Source of the DNA: a virus
Lineage: Duplodnaviria > Caudoviricetes
IMG/VR virus record: IMGVR_UViG_3300044627_003892
DNA length: 64,000 nucleotides
Reading direction: 5' to 3' (one strand)
Under the pieces are notes generated by a model that saw only the letters and a list, made by a program, of their open reading frames with translations, was not told the DNA's origin and searched no databases. The position numbers and the translations under genes were made by a program. Shown here in pieces: positions 18,226 through 30,341 of the stretch (within the stretch, counting starts at the first letter, position 1; each line of letters starts with the position of its first letter).

Positions 18226-18558
18226 TCACTCAGAATATTTTTTTATATCAGTAATTAAACCATCATCATCAATCACAATACCAAATTTTTTAGCAGAAGT
18301 ATAAACCGTTTTGTTCTGTTTCTTCTTATCTATCTTCTCAACAAATAGATAATCTAGATTATATTTTTTAACACCACTAGTTGTTTCATAATAATATTTA
18401 GGGTCAGAATACCTTAAATTAATATCATAATCCTTACAATCATTACATGGTTTAGATGTTATTGTCCAACCTTGTTTAACAATTTCTTCATCATATAAAT
18501 CCAAAAAATCATCCAACTTGGACTTCAAACCATAATAATCATACTTCATATCAAACAA
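18226..18558 (-). CDS. hypothetical protein
   Basis: Overlapping operon ORF. Confidence 0.6.
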   Translation of the reverse strand: MFDMKYDYYGLKSKLDDFLDLYDEEIVKQGWTITSKPCNDCKDYDINLRYSDPKYYYETTSGVKKYNLDYLFVEKIDKKKQNKTVYTSAKKFGIVIDDDGLITDIKKYSE

Positions 18559-18859
18559 AATTTAACAAGTTTTTATTTTGTGGTCTATAGTCAACATAAA
18601 CCCTTAAATGATGAATCTGTCTTTCAGGATTAATTATTTTTAAAAAGGTTTTCAAATCATTTTCAACCTCTTCTAAAACTTCATATCTGTGGAAATAAAC
18701 TTCAAACGGTATCTTTTTCATTATAAAATGAATCTTGAAGTAAATCTCATCCATGTATTCAATAGACAGACATTCAAATGGAAGATTGTATTTAGTAAGA
18801 ATATTCTCTTTAACTTGTTTGAGGAAGAATAAATCATTCTTCTTCAACAAATCAATCAT
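18551..18859 (-). CDS. hypothetical protein
   Basis: Overlapping operon ORF. Confidence 0.6.
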   Translation of the reverse strand: MIDLLKKNDLFFLKQVKENILTKYNLPFECLSIEYMDEIYFKIHFIMKKIPFEVYFHRYEVLEEVENDLKTFLKIINPERQIHHLRVYVDYRPQNKNLLNFV

Positions 18860-19295
18860 TATTATGTTTTTCGTCTAAAGAAAGTAACCCCTTACCATAT
18901 TTTTCGTATCTTTCGTAGTATCTGTCCTTAACATATTGGTGAATCGGGATTGCCTTACCATCACCATCTATTCTTACAAATGTTATGAATGTTTGTGTAA
19001 CAGCTTCTTGTTTACCAGTATGAACATTATGTTTCCTAACTTCAATATATAATTTGATTGATGTCGTTCCAAACTTCTCTACCTTACCATAAATCTTTAA
19101 TAGACTTCCAATCTTAACAGGACTTTTGAAAATTAACTCATCAATCTTAATCGTGACCATTCTTGATGTATCACATATCTGTGCTGCGTATGATGCTGCC
19201 GAGTCGTCAATTAGAGACATTATCGTCCCACCGAACATGTTGTCGTGAACTCCGATATCACTCTTTTTACATATGTAAGTTGTTATTAATTCCAT
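18852..19295 (-). CDS. acyl-CoA thioesterase (hotdog fold)
   Basis: DIGVHDNMFGGTIMSLID...FKSPVKIG...TFVRID. Confidence 0.85.
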   Translation of the reverse strand: MELITTYICKKSDIGVHDNMFGGTIMSLIDDSAASYAAQICDTSRMVTIKIDELIFKSPVKIGSLLKIYGKVEKFGTTSIKLYIEVRKHNVHTGKQEAVTQTFITFVRIDGDGKAIPIHQYVKDRYYERYEKYGKGLLSLDEKHNND

Positions 19296-20320
19296 TAAAC
19301 ATTTTGAACTGAAAAATTGGCTTCAGCCTGATTGATTGATTCTGTTATTACTTTCATAATTTTGTACGGGTCAGCGTTTGCTGCAGGTCTTCTATCCTCA
19401 ACATAACCTTTCCAATTACTATTCACAGTTGTTTGTGGAACTCTTATGGAAGCACCTCTATCAGAGATACCGTAACTGAATTTACTAATAGACTGAGTTT
19501 CGTGTTTACCAGTTAACCTGAAATGATTGTTTGAACCATAGTTTTCAATATGTTTTTGGTGGTTCATTTCAAAGAAATTAAATATTGTTTCAAAATATTC
19601 TTTCCCACCAATTTCTCTCATCTTTTTGTTTGAGAAGTTTGTATGTAATCCTGAACCATTCCATTCACCATACATCAAAGGTTTTGGGTCGTATACTACT
19701 TCTACTTTATATGTTTCACAAAGTCTTTGTAATAAAAATCTACACAACCAAAGTTGGTCACAAGAATCTAACGTACCTTTACCCATCACTTGGAACTCCC
19801 ATTGTCCAAGTGCCACCTCAGCGTTAATACCTGTAACATTAAGTCCTGAGGATAAACAAACGTCTAAGTGATGTTCAACAATATCTCTAGCGACAACGTT
19901 CTCATAACCAATACCACAATAATACTCACCTTGTGGTCTCATTGTCACATCTTTAGTATGACCTAAAGGTAATTTGTTACTCCAAAGGAAATACTCCTGT
20001 TCAAACCCAACCCAAGTGTTTGAGTCGTCTTTAATCAATGAACGAGTATTAGAACTATGCGGTGTCATGTCAGGGTTAAGAACCTCACACAATACCAAAT
20101 AACCATTCTTTCTCTGTGGGTCTCTGATTATTTTTACAGGTTTTAAAAGACAATCTGAATAGTTACCTTCCGCCTGATTTGTTGATGAACCATCAAAGTT
20201 CCATATTGGGAGTGATTCTAATTCTGGTTCAGTTTCTGATGTTAAAACTTTTGTTTTACTTCTTAAGTTTGGTTCAGGAGTATATCCGTCCAACCAAATG
20301 TATTCTAACTTATATATCAT
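19295..20320 (-). CDS. glnII: glutamine synthetase type II
   Basis: KLEYIWLDG, WNFDGSST, GFEQEY, NAEVALGQWEFQ, WNGSGLHTNFS, RLTGKHET, DRGASIRVP, EDRRPAANADPY. Confidence 0.95.
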   Translation of the reverse strand: MIYKLEYIWLDGYTPEPNLRSKTKVLTSETEPELESLPIWNFDGSSTNQAEGNYSDCLLKPVKIIRDPQRKNGYLVLCEVLNPDMTPHSSNTRSLIKDDSNTWVGFEQEYFLWSNKLPLGHTKDVTMRPQGEYYCGIGYENVVARDIVEHHLDVCLSSGLNVTGINAEVALGQWEFQVMGKGTLDSCDQLWLCRFLLQRLCETYKVEVVYDPKPLMYGEWNGSGLHTNFSNKKMREIGGKEYFETIFNFFEMNHQKHIENYGSNNHFRLTGKHETQSISKFSYGISDRGASIRVPQTTVNSNWKGYVEDRRPAANADPYKIMKVITESINQAEANFSVQNV

Positions 20321-20540
20321 ATTGTATCAATTTCAGGTATTCCGAGTTCATAATACGCTTTCTCAAAAGAATCGTAAAATAAAATTCCTTCGTTATCTCT
20401 ATACTTTTTTGCAAGTTCAAATAATTCCTTGTACATATCTTTAGAATATGCCTCATGTATTATTTCTTCAATAAAATCAGAACTGTTTACACTCATAGTT
20501 AAAATATAAAATAAAGTATTATTTTTGTCAAAGGTTAATG

Positions 20541-21407
20541 TTAAATTCTATCAATTAAACCTCTAAGATATTTTCCGTAATTGTTCTTGTGGTATTTCTC
20601 AGCAAAATAGATAAGTTCACCTTTGTTAATCCACTTGTTTAGATAAGCAATCTCTTCAATACACCCAATCTTTAACCCTTGTCTCTCCTCAATACTCTGA
20701 ACATAGTTTGACGCTTGCATAAGTGATTCAAAGGTCCCTGTGTCAAGCCATGCGGTTCCTCTTTCAAGGATATGAACCTTTAACATGTTCCTTTCAAGAT
20801 AATCTCTATTAACATCTGTAATCTCAAGTTCACCTCTCCAAGATGGTTTAATCTCCTTGGCAATCTGTATCACACTATTGTCGTAGAAGTATAAACCTGG
20901 CACAGCATAATTTGATTTTGGGATTGTTGGTTTCTCATCCAAACTAACTACATTACATTCCTCATCAAACTCAACCACACCATATCTTTCAGGGTCATGA
21001 ACATGATATGCAAATATCATTGAACCATGGATGTTCTTAATCGATTTCTTTATCTTCCTGATATCCAATCCTGAGAATATATTATCACCAAGAACCAACG
21101 CAACACTATCATCACCAATGAAGTCTTCACCTATGATAAACGCTTGTGCTAGTCCATCAGGTGATGGTTGTATTCTATATGTTAGGTTAATACCAAACTG
21201 AGTTCCATCACCTAATAGTTGTTCAAATAGATGTTTATCGTTTGGTGTGCAGATTATCAATATATCTTTGATACCCAAAGACATAAGGGTTGATAAGGGA
21301 TAGTATATCATCGGCTTATCGTAAATTGGTAACAATTGTTTTGTTACTGAAATAGTTAAAGGGTGTAGTCTTGTTCCTGAACCACCTGCTAAAATTATTC
21401 CTTTCAT
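20541..21407 (-). CDS. rfbA: glucose-1-phosphate thymidylyltransferase
   Basis: [18 protein letters not shown]...[17 protein letters not shown]...GELEITD...WLDTGT. Confidence 0.97.
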   Translation of the reverse strand: MKGIILAGGSGTRLHPLTISVTKQLLPIYDKPMIYYPLSTLMSLGIKDILIICTPNDKHLFEQLLGDGTQFGINLTYRIQPSPDGLAQAFIIGEDFIGDDSVALVLGDNIFSGLDIRKIKKSIKNIHGSMIFAYHVHDPERYGVVEFDEECNVVSLDEKPTIPKSNYAVPGLYFYDNSVIQIAKEIKPSWRGELEITDVNRDYLERNMLKVHILERGTAWLDTGTFESLMQASNYVQSIEERQGLKIGCIEEIAYLNKWINKGELIYFAEKYHKNNYGKYLRGLIDRI

Positions 21408-22031
21408 TTAATCAATTTTTTTAATTTCGTAGTAATAGTTATTTGAATCTTCAGACACCCATTTATCCGACTGAGCTTCAACTGATTCAATATGTGTATC
21501 AACTTTTAAAGTTGATGGTTCCATTGGGAATGGTTTAGTCACCCAGTTAGAATCCCTCCAATATATTCTGTTGTTAGGTTGACAAAGTAAATAACCATCA
21601 TCACCAATTAAGATATGCCCACACTTATAATCAGATGGTTCATCAGAATATGGATTTTTATACCAGTCTACTGTCATAAGATATGTTGCCCATATCTTTG
21701 AACCATCTTTTAACGCCACTTGACATCTTTTTTCATAAAGATAGTCATAGGTAATTACACTCACATTTTCAGAGAAACAATCCCATAATTGTTTAAAATC
21801 AAATGGAATATCATTTTTAGGTATTTCCATAAAAATTTCAGATATCGGAACTCTTGACCTCAACATTCCATACTCAGTCATTACGTGGAATGTTAATATC
21901 TTACCAGCTAATGATTGAACCGCAAATGCGTAAGCTTTATGATAAGTGTCCTTATCTTCTTCATTTTTTGTAAAGTGTGATGCTCTAACATAACACTTAA
22001 ATAATTCGATGTTTTCGTTTAATTTTGACAT
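21408..22031 (-). CDS. conserved hypothetical phage protein
   Basis: 207-aa ORF with QLWDCFS and QPNNRIYW segments. Confidence 0.7.
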   Translation of the reverse strand: MSKLNENIELFKCYVRASHFTKNEEDKDTYHKAYAFAVQSLAGKILTFHVMTEYGMLRSRVPISEIFMEIPKNDIPFDFKQLWDCFSENVSVITYDYLYEKRCQVALKDGSKIWATYLMTVDWYKNPYSDEPSDYKCGHILIGDDGYLLCQPNNRIYWRDSNWVTKPFPMEPSTLKVDTHIESVEAQSDKWVSEDSNNYYYEIKKID

Positions 22032-22499
22032 TTAATCTTTTTTAATCCATTTATTTTCTGAGTCCAACTCAAACTCACCAACATATTCTTGTTTCCATTC
22101 TGTTGGTTTGATAATTGATAAGAATAATTCCCCATCTTGTCTACGGTATAGGTAATATATTTCACCAATTATTGGTTGAAATTTATAATTAGAACCATAG
22201 ACAACACTATTCCATTCAAACTCTTTGAGTAATTCGTCGTATTGTTCTTTGATTTCTTGATATTTCTTTTGGAAGTAATGGTTTGTCTTTAATATCCTCT
22301 CATTCTTCCATGTTGATATGTTGTCGGGCGTAATTACTGGTGCTCCAACATTTGTTGCGTATGGTAACAGGTGAGCGTAGTATCCACGTTCCTTACTCCA
22401 TACAACATTGTCGGGGTATTTCTTTTCTTTTGGCATATCGTAAGACATTACGCTTGGTAAATCAGAATATTGACACCATAAATCGTCAGTGTGTTCCAT
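22032..22499 (-). CDS. DUF2452-like protein
   Basis: LLPYATNVGAP...YNFQPIIGEIYYLY...FLSIIKPTEW. Confidence 0.6.
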   Translation of the reverse strand: MEHTDDLWCQYSDLPSVMSYDMPKEKKYPDNVVWSKERGYYAHLLPYATNVGAPVITPDNISTWKNERILKTNHYFQKKYQEIKEQYDELLKEFEWNSVVYGSNYKFQPIIGEIYYLYRRQDGELFLSIIKPTEWKQEYVGEFELDSENKWIKKD

Positions 22500-22840
22500 T
22501 TGTTAATGATATTCCGTGTTTTAGTCCCGTAATAAAATCTTGTAATTCACTTTCGGTGTGAATAAAATCACCCAACACAATACCTATCTCATTTCCAACA
22601 TCAGAGACATCTCCGTTGTCGTAATTAACATTATCCAATTGAGTTTTGATACGATTTAATATGTGTGTGAAATTGTCCATATTATTCTGTGATTACAATC
22701 TTTAAACAATTATTTTTAATATACTCCTCGTCAAAGGTCTCTACACCTTGTGGATAAACACATAGATGTTTCATTTTTGTATCATATAAAACATCTGATG
22801 TGTCAATATAAGTTACAGGTTCTAATGTTGCGGTCATAGG

Positions 22841-23941
22841 TTAATTACTTAATGGTGCTTTAATTGTTGGGTGTGATTGGTAGTTCTCCAAAATAACATC
22901 ATTGACTGAACTACAGAATATTCCATCTCTAACACTAACCTTTGGTAAGTCGTATGGTTCTCTACCAATCTGTTCTTTCGCTTGTTCAATATGATTTAGG
23001 TAAATGTGAGTATCACCCAAGTTACCAATCAATTCGTCAGGAACCATATTCACTTCGTCAGCAATCATAGTCAATAACAATCCATAACTTGCAATGTTGA
23101 ATGGTAAACCTAAGAATGTATCTACCGACCTTTGATTCCACATTAAAGAGATTGCTCGTTTAGGTACATTTAAGTTATCAAAGTACTCTTGTATATTAGG
23201 AACTTGAAGTTCAAGTGGAACCATTGTAGGGTCTAATTTTTCAAAATATAAAACATACCGTTCTTCCAAACTCAACTCTCTTGTATAAACTTGAAATCCA
23301 TAATGACAAGGTGGAAGAACCATTTGGTCTAATTCACCTACATTCCAAGCATTAACCATTAATCGTCTTGAGTCTGGGTTTGTTTTAAGTTCGGAGATTA
23401 GGTATGCAATTTGGTCTACTTGATGAGAAATATTTATAGAGTTAAGGTCAACTTCAATTTCCTCACCTTCTTTTAAGTTAACAAATCCTTCATCTAAACA
23501 GTTCCACTTTCTCCATTGCTTACCATAGATTGGACCTAACTCACCCCACTTCTTAGCAAACTCATTATCTGTTTTGATTTTGTTGATGAATTTATCTTTA
23601 TTGATAATAAATTCTGCTTCACCATTTTCAGGTAATGAATCTACGTATTTAGAAAAATTTCTAATGTAATTGGCAAAGCAGTCACCATCCCAAATATGAC
23701 AATTGTTATCAACAAGGTATTTGATGTTGGTATCACCTGTTAAAAACCATAGTAATTCAGTTACCATAGTTTTCCAAGCCATCTTCTTGGTTGTAAGAAG
23801 TGGAAATCCATCTTTCATATTATGACGAATGGTGTAACCAAAAATTGATTTGGTTCCTGTACCAGTTCGGTCTTTCTTCTCCACCCCAAAATCTAAAATG
23901 GTTTGGAGTAATGTTTGATATTGTTTATCTAGGTTGTTCAT
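22841..23941 (-). CDS. thyA: thymidylate synthase
   Basis: DRTGTGT, FPLLTTKK, LGPIYGKQWR, LPPCHYGFQ, QRSVDTFLGLPFNIASY, GDTHIYLNH. Confidence 0.97.
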   Translation of the reverse strand: MNNLDKQYQTLLQTILDFGVEKKDRTGTGTKSIFGYTIRHNMKDGFPLLTTKKMAWKTMVTELLWFLTGDTNIKYLVDNNCHIWDGDCFANYIRNFSKYVDSLPENGEAEFIINKDKFINKIKTDNEFAKKWGELGPIYGKQWRKWNCLDEGFVNLKEGEEIEVDLNSINISHQVDQIAYLISELKTNPDSRRLMVNAWNVGELDQMVLPPCHYGFQVYTRELSLEERYVLYFEKLDPTMVPLELQVPNIQEYFDNLNVPKRAISLMWNQRSVDTFLGLPFNIASYGLLLTMIADEVNMVPDELIGNLGDTHIYLNHIEQAKEQIGREPYDLPKVSVRDGIFCSSVNDVILENYQSHPTIKAPLSN

Positions 23942-26268
23942 ATTGTTCTATTGTTTGTTCTAATTGATGAAACATTTGTTTGATGTGTTCACCTATAAGT
24001 TGAGGTTCAGCGTCTTTAATAAACTCTAATGTGAGAGCAGTGTTGGACTTAAACCATTGGGGTGTTTTGGATTGTTGTTCATGTCCTAATACTCCCTTAT
24101 ACTTTTTAAACGCAACATCATGCATTGTTACCATACAATCAAATCGTATTTCACAAAGTCGTCTTGTGTCAGCCTCCATTTCGGATACTGGTTTTATTTC
24201 AATTTCGTTATTCATAAATTTTAGTTTTCGCACCCTACTTCACCTGTTGTTCGGTTAAATACGTCATCTATCACACTTTCAGCATGACCATCCAGTTTTA
24301 AAGCCAATTCAAAAGCTTCTCTGATTGCGTAAGGATAATTGCAATGTTTAGTGTCAATTTCTACAATGGCGGATTGTCTTGAATCAGCGTTGTTGTTGTT
24401 AATTATAATTTTCATAGTTATTTAGTTTTGTTTTTCTATTTCTTGTTTAACTTCTTGCCAATAAACTCTTCGAGAATGTATTTGATTACTGTTTGCATTC
24501 CTTACATTTTGCATATAAGAATAATCATTATTTATTTCATCAACTACAATTAATGCGCTTTCTATGGCAATTTGTTTAGTTTCCGCACCTTTAAATACAA
24601 ATTTCGTAAATAAATCTTCAGCTTTTTCTTTTGGTGTCATAATTTTTAGTAATTAAATCCGTTTTTGAATGATTCATTATAGTCATCCCATCTTTTTCCC
24701 AACCAATTAAAAATTGATGTTAAAATCTTTTTTTTAATATTCATAGTTATTTAGTTTTTAGTATCACGTCCAAATTTGTTGAACCACTTATCTGCCTGTT
24801 CTTTGGGTGTCATCATCCAAAATCTTTAAAATTATTAGTTGCCACACCTACATAAGATAGAAATCCTCCAATGAATAAAATAAAACAGAATCCGTAAGGA
24901 AATACACCTGTTTGGGATTCATACCATTGTGTGAAAATTGGTACTACTAATGAACTAATTAATGTTAGTGCGAACATTATATATAGTTTTGTTGCTTTAC
25001 TCATCGTCACCTCCAAATTTTTCGTTGTAGTACTTCTTAAAAGCATCTTCAGATTCTGAATTGTCTAAACCTTTCATTTTTTCAATAGCATACTTAAGCG
25101 CGTTTACCCAAGTAAGTGCGTGTTGATACTCTTGACCTTTACTGTTATCCGAAGATTCAACTTCCACTTCTTTACTCTTGTAATAATCTTCAATAGACTC
25201 ATACTTAAAATAAACACCATCGTGTTTAACAGCACATATCTGTGCCTCTTTAAATATATCAGCCTCTTGCTCCTTCTCCATTTGCTTGGCTTGGTCACGT
25301 ATTTTCTTTCTTTCAATCCAATAATTTTTATGCCCTCCAAAATCAATATCGAGTTCAATTAATCTATTCTCATACCAATCAACCGCAGTTTGTTTTTTCA
25401 TAATGTTGAGATTTTAACGAATACAATTATAAATGTTATTACTATTGCAACAATAGATAATTCTAGCCCAAGAGATGGGTCTTCTTGAGTTTTTGAGTAA
25501 TCATCATACTTATTTTTTTCCATAGTTATTTAAATTTGTTTTTATTTCTTTTACAAATATATTACTACTTCTATAATTTCCCAATACGTATTTTTACGTA
25601 TTAAATTCAGTATCGTCAGGAGTTTCCTCAATATAAGGCTGATTTTCCAATGGTTCAATTACGATGTTGATTGCCTCAGGATAATGATGTCCTCTCTCAG
25701 AGTTAAGATATATTGATGCAAGACCTACCACTTCATTATTGATGTAATGTCTATTCTTACCTTTACCTTTTAGTATTTCGTGGTCCATTGAAACATCGTT
25801 CCAATCTCTCAATACAAGTCCACGACCACCAGGTTCCTTGTAATGTAACCTAATGATGTTGTTGTGACTAAAGTTCTTAATAAATTCTCCTAATTTCATA
25901 TTATTTTTCCTTATTTAAATGATGTCTTCCAATCCATCAATTTCATTTCTTAATGTGTTAATCTTTGAAAGGACATACTCCTCAAGCTCGTAAGATATCT
26001 CCAAATACTTTCTTCTCAATTCGTGGAACTTTTCATCCTGAACTTCTTTGAATGATGAATAATGTTTGAAACAGTAATGGAAACCTTCATTCTCCATTCT
26101 ATAACGAACCATTTCAAACTCTTCAAGTTGTTCATCTAAATTATTTTTCCTGTTTTCAAAACCCATTTTAATTCGTTTAGCCAATTCAACATTCCACTCT
26201 TCAAAGGTAAGAGTTGAGCCAGGGTTGTCTTCCAAAAACTTCCAATATTGTGATTCAAGTGTTGCCAT
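23925..26268 (-). other. run of small co-oriented hypothetical genes
   Basis: Tightly packed ORFs 23925-24233, 24221-24415, 24422-24640, 24813-25046, 24997-25401, 25594-25899, 25915-26268; no recognisable motifs. Confidence 0.6.
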
Positions 26269-26269
26269 A

Positions 26270-26632
26270 TTATTCAAAAACTTGTATTTTAGTTTCAATT
26301 TCTTTTAGTTCCGTCCAATTACCCAAATAAGTAACCGCTCTTACCTTACGATTATCAATCCAAATGTATTCCTGTCCATCTTTGATTCTTGGTTTATCCA
26401 TAACCAACCCGTGATATTTAAATCCATTATCACCCAACCAAGTTTCAGTAACATCCCTATCTTTACTCTCACGTGCAGTGAAAAATGTTATGACGTTTCC
26501 TTCATCATACCACTTATTAATTATCCTTAATGCGTCAGGATAACACTTTGCCGTTGGATATAAATGTGACTCCTCATTTTTTATATCATCACATATTGTC
26601 CCGTCAATATCAATTAAAAAAACTCTATTCAT
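26270..26632 (-). CDS. HAD-superfamily phosphatase
   Basis: FLIDIDGTI (DxDGT), FFTAR, LVMDKP, WIDN motifs. Confidence 0.8.
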   Translation of the reverse strand: MNRVFLIDIDGTICDDIKNEESHLYPTAKCYPDALRIINKWYDEGNVITFFTARESKDRDVTETWLGDNGFKYHGLVMDKPRIKDGQEYIWIDNRKVRAVTYLGNWTELKEIETKIQVFE

Positions 26633-28912
26633 CTTATAATCTTAATCTCCGATTCAGTTTCAATTATCACACGTGCCCCACAGGACAACAATGTCTTTTC
26701 ATTACCACCATACACAACACGACTAGGTCCCAAGATTTCCACTTCAGAACAGTAGGTATTCTTCCTACCTTCTTTAATGGTTATAACAGGTTCTAACTCG
26801 TTATTCTTCTTGTTGGACCTTATCTTGTGTTGATTGACGTGGATATACTTTTTCATTGTTCCCAAACAACTTCTTCAGTTGAAAGTGGTTCAACGAATTT
26901 TCGTTTGTCTTCTTTTGGTTTAACAGCTTTCTTCTTGTTGAAGTTAAACGAAATCCACAGACGAGTCACGACCAAGTCCAAACCAAAGTTATAGGTTGAC
27001 TCTCGTTTCTTCTCACCAGTCTTTTCATCTTTATACCACACATAAGCCAAGTGTCTTGAGGTAAAGACACCAACATGACGATAATTACTTTGTTTCAAAG
27101 TATTATCCGTCCATAGAGTTTTATAATAAAACCCCACAATACATTTTCCTAATTTTACATCAAACAGTTTCATTTACTGATATAGATATTTTTATTTGTT
27201 TATTATTTTTTGTAATAACAGGGATTATGATTTCATCATTTGATTGTTCCACCTCAGGTAGAACCGTTAAACTACAACTTTCAAATCCAGTTCTTTCTTT
27301 CTCAAAATATTTTAGAGCCGTTGTAATTTCGTAAGCAATTTTCTTAACCTCAAAACAATTATCCATAATCCTTATTATTTATTCATATCACAATTGATGA
27401 TGTTGTGGTTATCATCCACGAACATAGCAGTATCACCAATTTTTGGTTTCTTTTTAGTATAATAAAGAATACCATTTTGTGTAGTAACCGCATAGTATTT
27501 ACCTTTACCATAATACTCATCAATTTGAATATCAACGACTACCGCTGGATACATCTCTTCACTACTCAAACAGGTATCCAATGTTTGAAATTCAATTTTG
27601 TCCTCATCTTCATCACATTCATCTTCACAAGATGGTGCTTCAAACTTAGGTGTTTCTTTACTAACAGGGGTTTCTTGATACAACATCTTGGATATCATAA
27701 ATCCAAATGACGCTAAGAATAACACAAGAACAACAGACGCAAGGACTGATAAAATAACTGATTTTTTTGACATATATTTATTTATTTAATTATTAATCGT
27801 AGTTAACTAACTCTTTAACATCACACTTCCACCCAACAACAAACTTCTTTTCAGTATCCAAATTTATAAAGTAAACTTCATTATTCAAAATACAATCTTC
27901 AACAAATTCCCAAACATAATCTTTCTCTTTCCATTCTTTCAATTTGTCCATGGTGGTTTCAATCACACTCCATCGGTTCATAATTTCATTGGTGTCCATC
28001 CAATACCACAAGAACAACCTGTCCTCAAACTTATATAACGACAGGATTGGTGCGTCGTAATAAATTATGTCCTGAACAAACTCCGAACCAGGAAATGGGT
28101 GAGTTGACAATACTTCTCCGTTAATTTTCTTCATATCAATAGTGTAAATCTATGTAAAGGTTATTGTCATTATTATATTTAACACAACACCAAGCTGGAT
28201 GATATTGTTCTTGTTCTGTTTCATACCAAGCACTTTCTTTTAACACAACCCCCCAACCATTTTCCTCATAGTACTTGTCTTCCACTCGTTGTGTTAGAAC
28301 CAAAGCATCATCAGGTAGTTCGGAGTGTTCCTCTAAAAACTTTTTAAGTTTACCAACGGTAAGGTAATCTTCATACTTACTTAAATCTTCAATAACTCTT
28401 ACTTTACTCATAAAATTAATTTTTTTCTTAATACTTTAAGTTCTTCCCTATATGGTTGAAACTCATCTTGTGTATGTGCTTTGTGTCCTTTAGACACAGC
28501 CTCTGTTACAATTGATTCTAATACAATAATCCTTGAAATGATTTCTTGTTGTGTCATTTTCTTTTTATTACCCATAGTCCAAAATCAAAACATAAAAAGT
28601 TTATACACAAGTTATATCTATTTCCGTAGCTTTTAGTTACGAAGATTGTTGGGATTAGTCCAACCTGTTTGAAGTCACTGCTCCAAGTCATATCAAAAAA
28701 TGGTATTATTTTCATACAATTTTTGCATATTTGATTAGTTCATATGTCTCGGTGTAACCCATTCCATTATTGTCTTCTTCAACAATATCAAAGTCAACTT
28801 TATTACCACTATTCATTTCATCCAATTCACTATTTGGATGTACAGGTATGATTTCATTGTTTTTAGTTTCAACGAACCAACCTTTTGTTGTTTTATATAC
28901 TTTACCCGTCAT
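26629..28912 (-). other. run of small co-oriented hypothetical genes
   Basis: ORFs 26629-26865, 26853-27173, 27160-27366, 27375-27773 (N-terminal TM), 27793-28134, 28136-28411, 28712-28912. Confidence 0.6.
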
Positions 28913-29640
28913 TATGATAGATATTTTGACATATTAATCGCCGCAGTTCTTGCGTCTTCCCAATTTTTAATCGTATGTTTACCTCTCTTGTTGAATGGTA
29001 TTACCGATTTGATTCCATCATTATAAATGTGTTTTTTATCAAAATCATCACCCTTTTTATATGACTTGATATATGTTTTCCACCACTTTGTAAATTCCTT
29101 CTCATCATAATCCTCAACAACTGGATTATATTTTTCATCAAACAATCGGTCACCAATTTTGAATAGACCTCCACCACGATGTGTGTAACCATAGTAACCT
29201 TTAATACCACCCCACCCACTCATCAATGTTTTATCAGAGTTTACAGTATTCCAAACAATAGCAACTCCGTTTGGATATTCTTCACAAACAGTCATTCCGT
29301 TTTGAAAATACCACCAAGCAGTCTCAATATTACCAATATATTTACCATCTTTGGTTAAGAAGGAATCCTCCAAAACAAATTCATCATTATCCCACTTGTG
29401 AGTTCCAATAACACCACCAGTATATTTCTCAATCAACTCAACTTTCTTGGGGTCAATATTTGAGTAACCTTCCATAACCTGTTTTGGTTTGAACCTAGTC
29501 ACCAATTTGGTAAACCATAAATTAAGGTGAACCTTATTTAATTTACCATCTTTACCACTTGTGTAGTATGGATGTCTCTCAAACTTCAATACCATTTTCC
29601 CAAGATATGGAGTTCTGTTTTTAACTAATTTTTCAATCAT
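28912..29640 (-). CDS. hypothetical phage protein
   Basis: 242-aa ORF in operon. Confidence 0.7.
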   Translation of the reverse strand: MIEKLVKNRTPYLGKMVLKFERHPYYTSGKDGKLNKVHLNLWFTKLVTRFKPKQVMEGYSNIDPKKVELIEKYTGGVIGTHKWDNDEFVLEDSFLTKDGKYIGNIETAWWYFQNGMTVCEEYPNGVAIVWNTVNSDKTLMSGWGGIKGYYGYTHRGGGLFKIGDRLFDEKYNPVVEDYDEKEFTKWWKTYIKSYKKGDDFDKKHIYNDGIKSVIPFNKRGKHTIKNWEDARTAAINMSKYLS

Positions 29641-30317
29641 AGTATTTCTATTTTTTTATTTTCAACATCAATGGTGATATCAAAAGGTTTTTGGTTGTGA
29701 CTGTAACGCTCATCCAAGATAGATGCGTTGAAGAAGTGTGTTCCATTCTTCTCAACATATCCATAACCTGTGTGGATGTGACCGCAACTATGGATTAGTG
29801 GGTGTAATGTCTCCAATCGTTTGGTTAACATTTCACATCCAAGATTAACATCACGACGATTGACTACGGTATCCAAGATACCCCAAGCCGGTCCGTGTGT
29901 TAACAAGATGTCGGTATCGTCAGGGATGTTGTTCCACTTCTCTTCCAACTCCTCACCATTACGTGGTAGGTTGAATGCCCAATTGTAGAACTCAGGTTGC
30001 CAAGGACTACCATATATTTTCAATCCCTCAAACTCAACGAAGTCATCAATCAAACAAACAACACCTTTGTCGTTAAATTCACGAATCATCTTCCAAGCGT
30101 CAAATGGTTTGTCCTCAATGTATCTGTCGTGATTACCAGGAATGAATACCTTCATCTTATATGGTAGTTCACTGAACCATTTTAAGAAGTCATACAAATC
30201 TTCCCAATTGTAACCTGAGTTCATAACATCACCGCTATGTAAAATCAAATCACCACCATTCACAAGAACGTTACGTTCTTTGGTGTGCGTGTCTGATATT
30301 AGGGTTACTTTCAACAT
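29637..30317 (-). CDS. calcineurin-like metallophosphoesterase
   Basis: ISDTH, HSGD, PGNHD, THGP, CGHIH motifs. Confidence 0.9.
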   Translation of the reverse strand: MLKVTLISDTHTKERNVLVNGGDLILHSGDVMNSGYNWEDLYDFLKWFSELPYKMKVFIPGNHDRYIEDKPFDAWKMIREFNDKGVVCLIDDFVEFEGLKIYGSPWQPEFYNWAFNLPRNGEELEEKWNNIPDDTDILLTHGPAWGILDTVVNRRDVNLGCEMLTKRLETLHPLIHSCGHIHTGYGYVEKNGTHFFNASILDERYSHNQKPFDITIDVENKKIEIL

Positions 30318-30341
30318 TTAACAAATATACGAATAAATTAC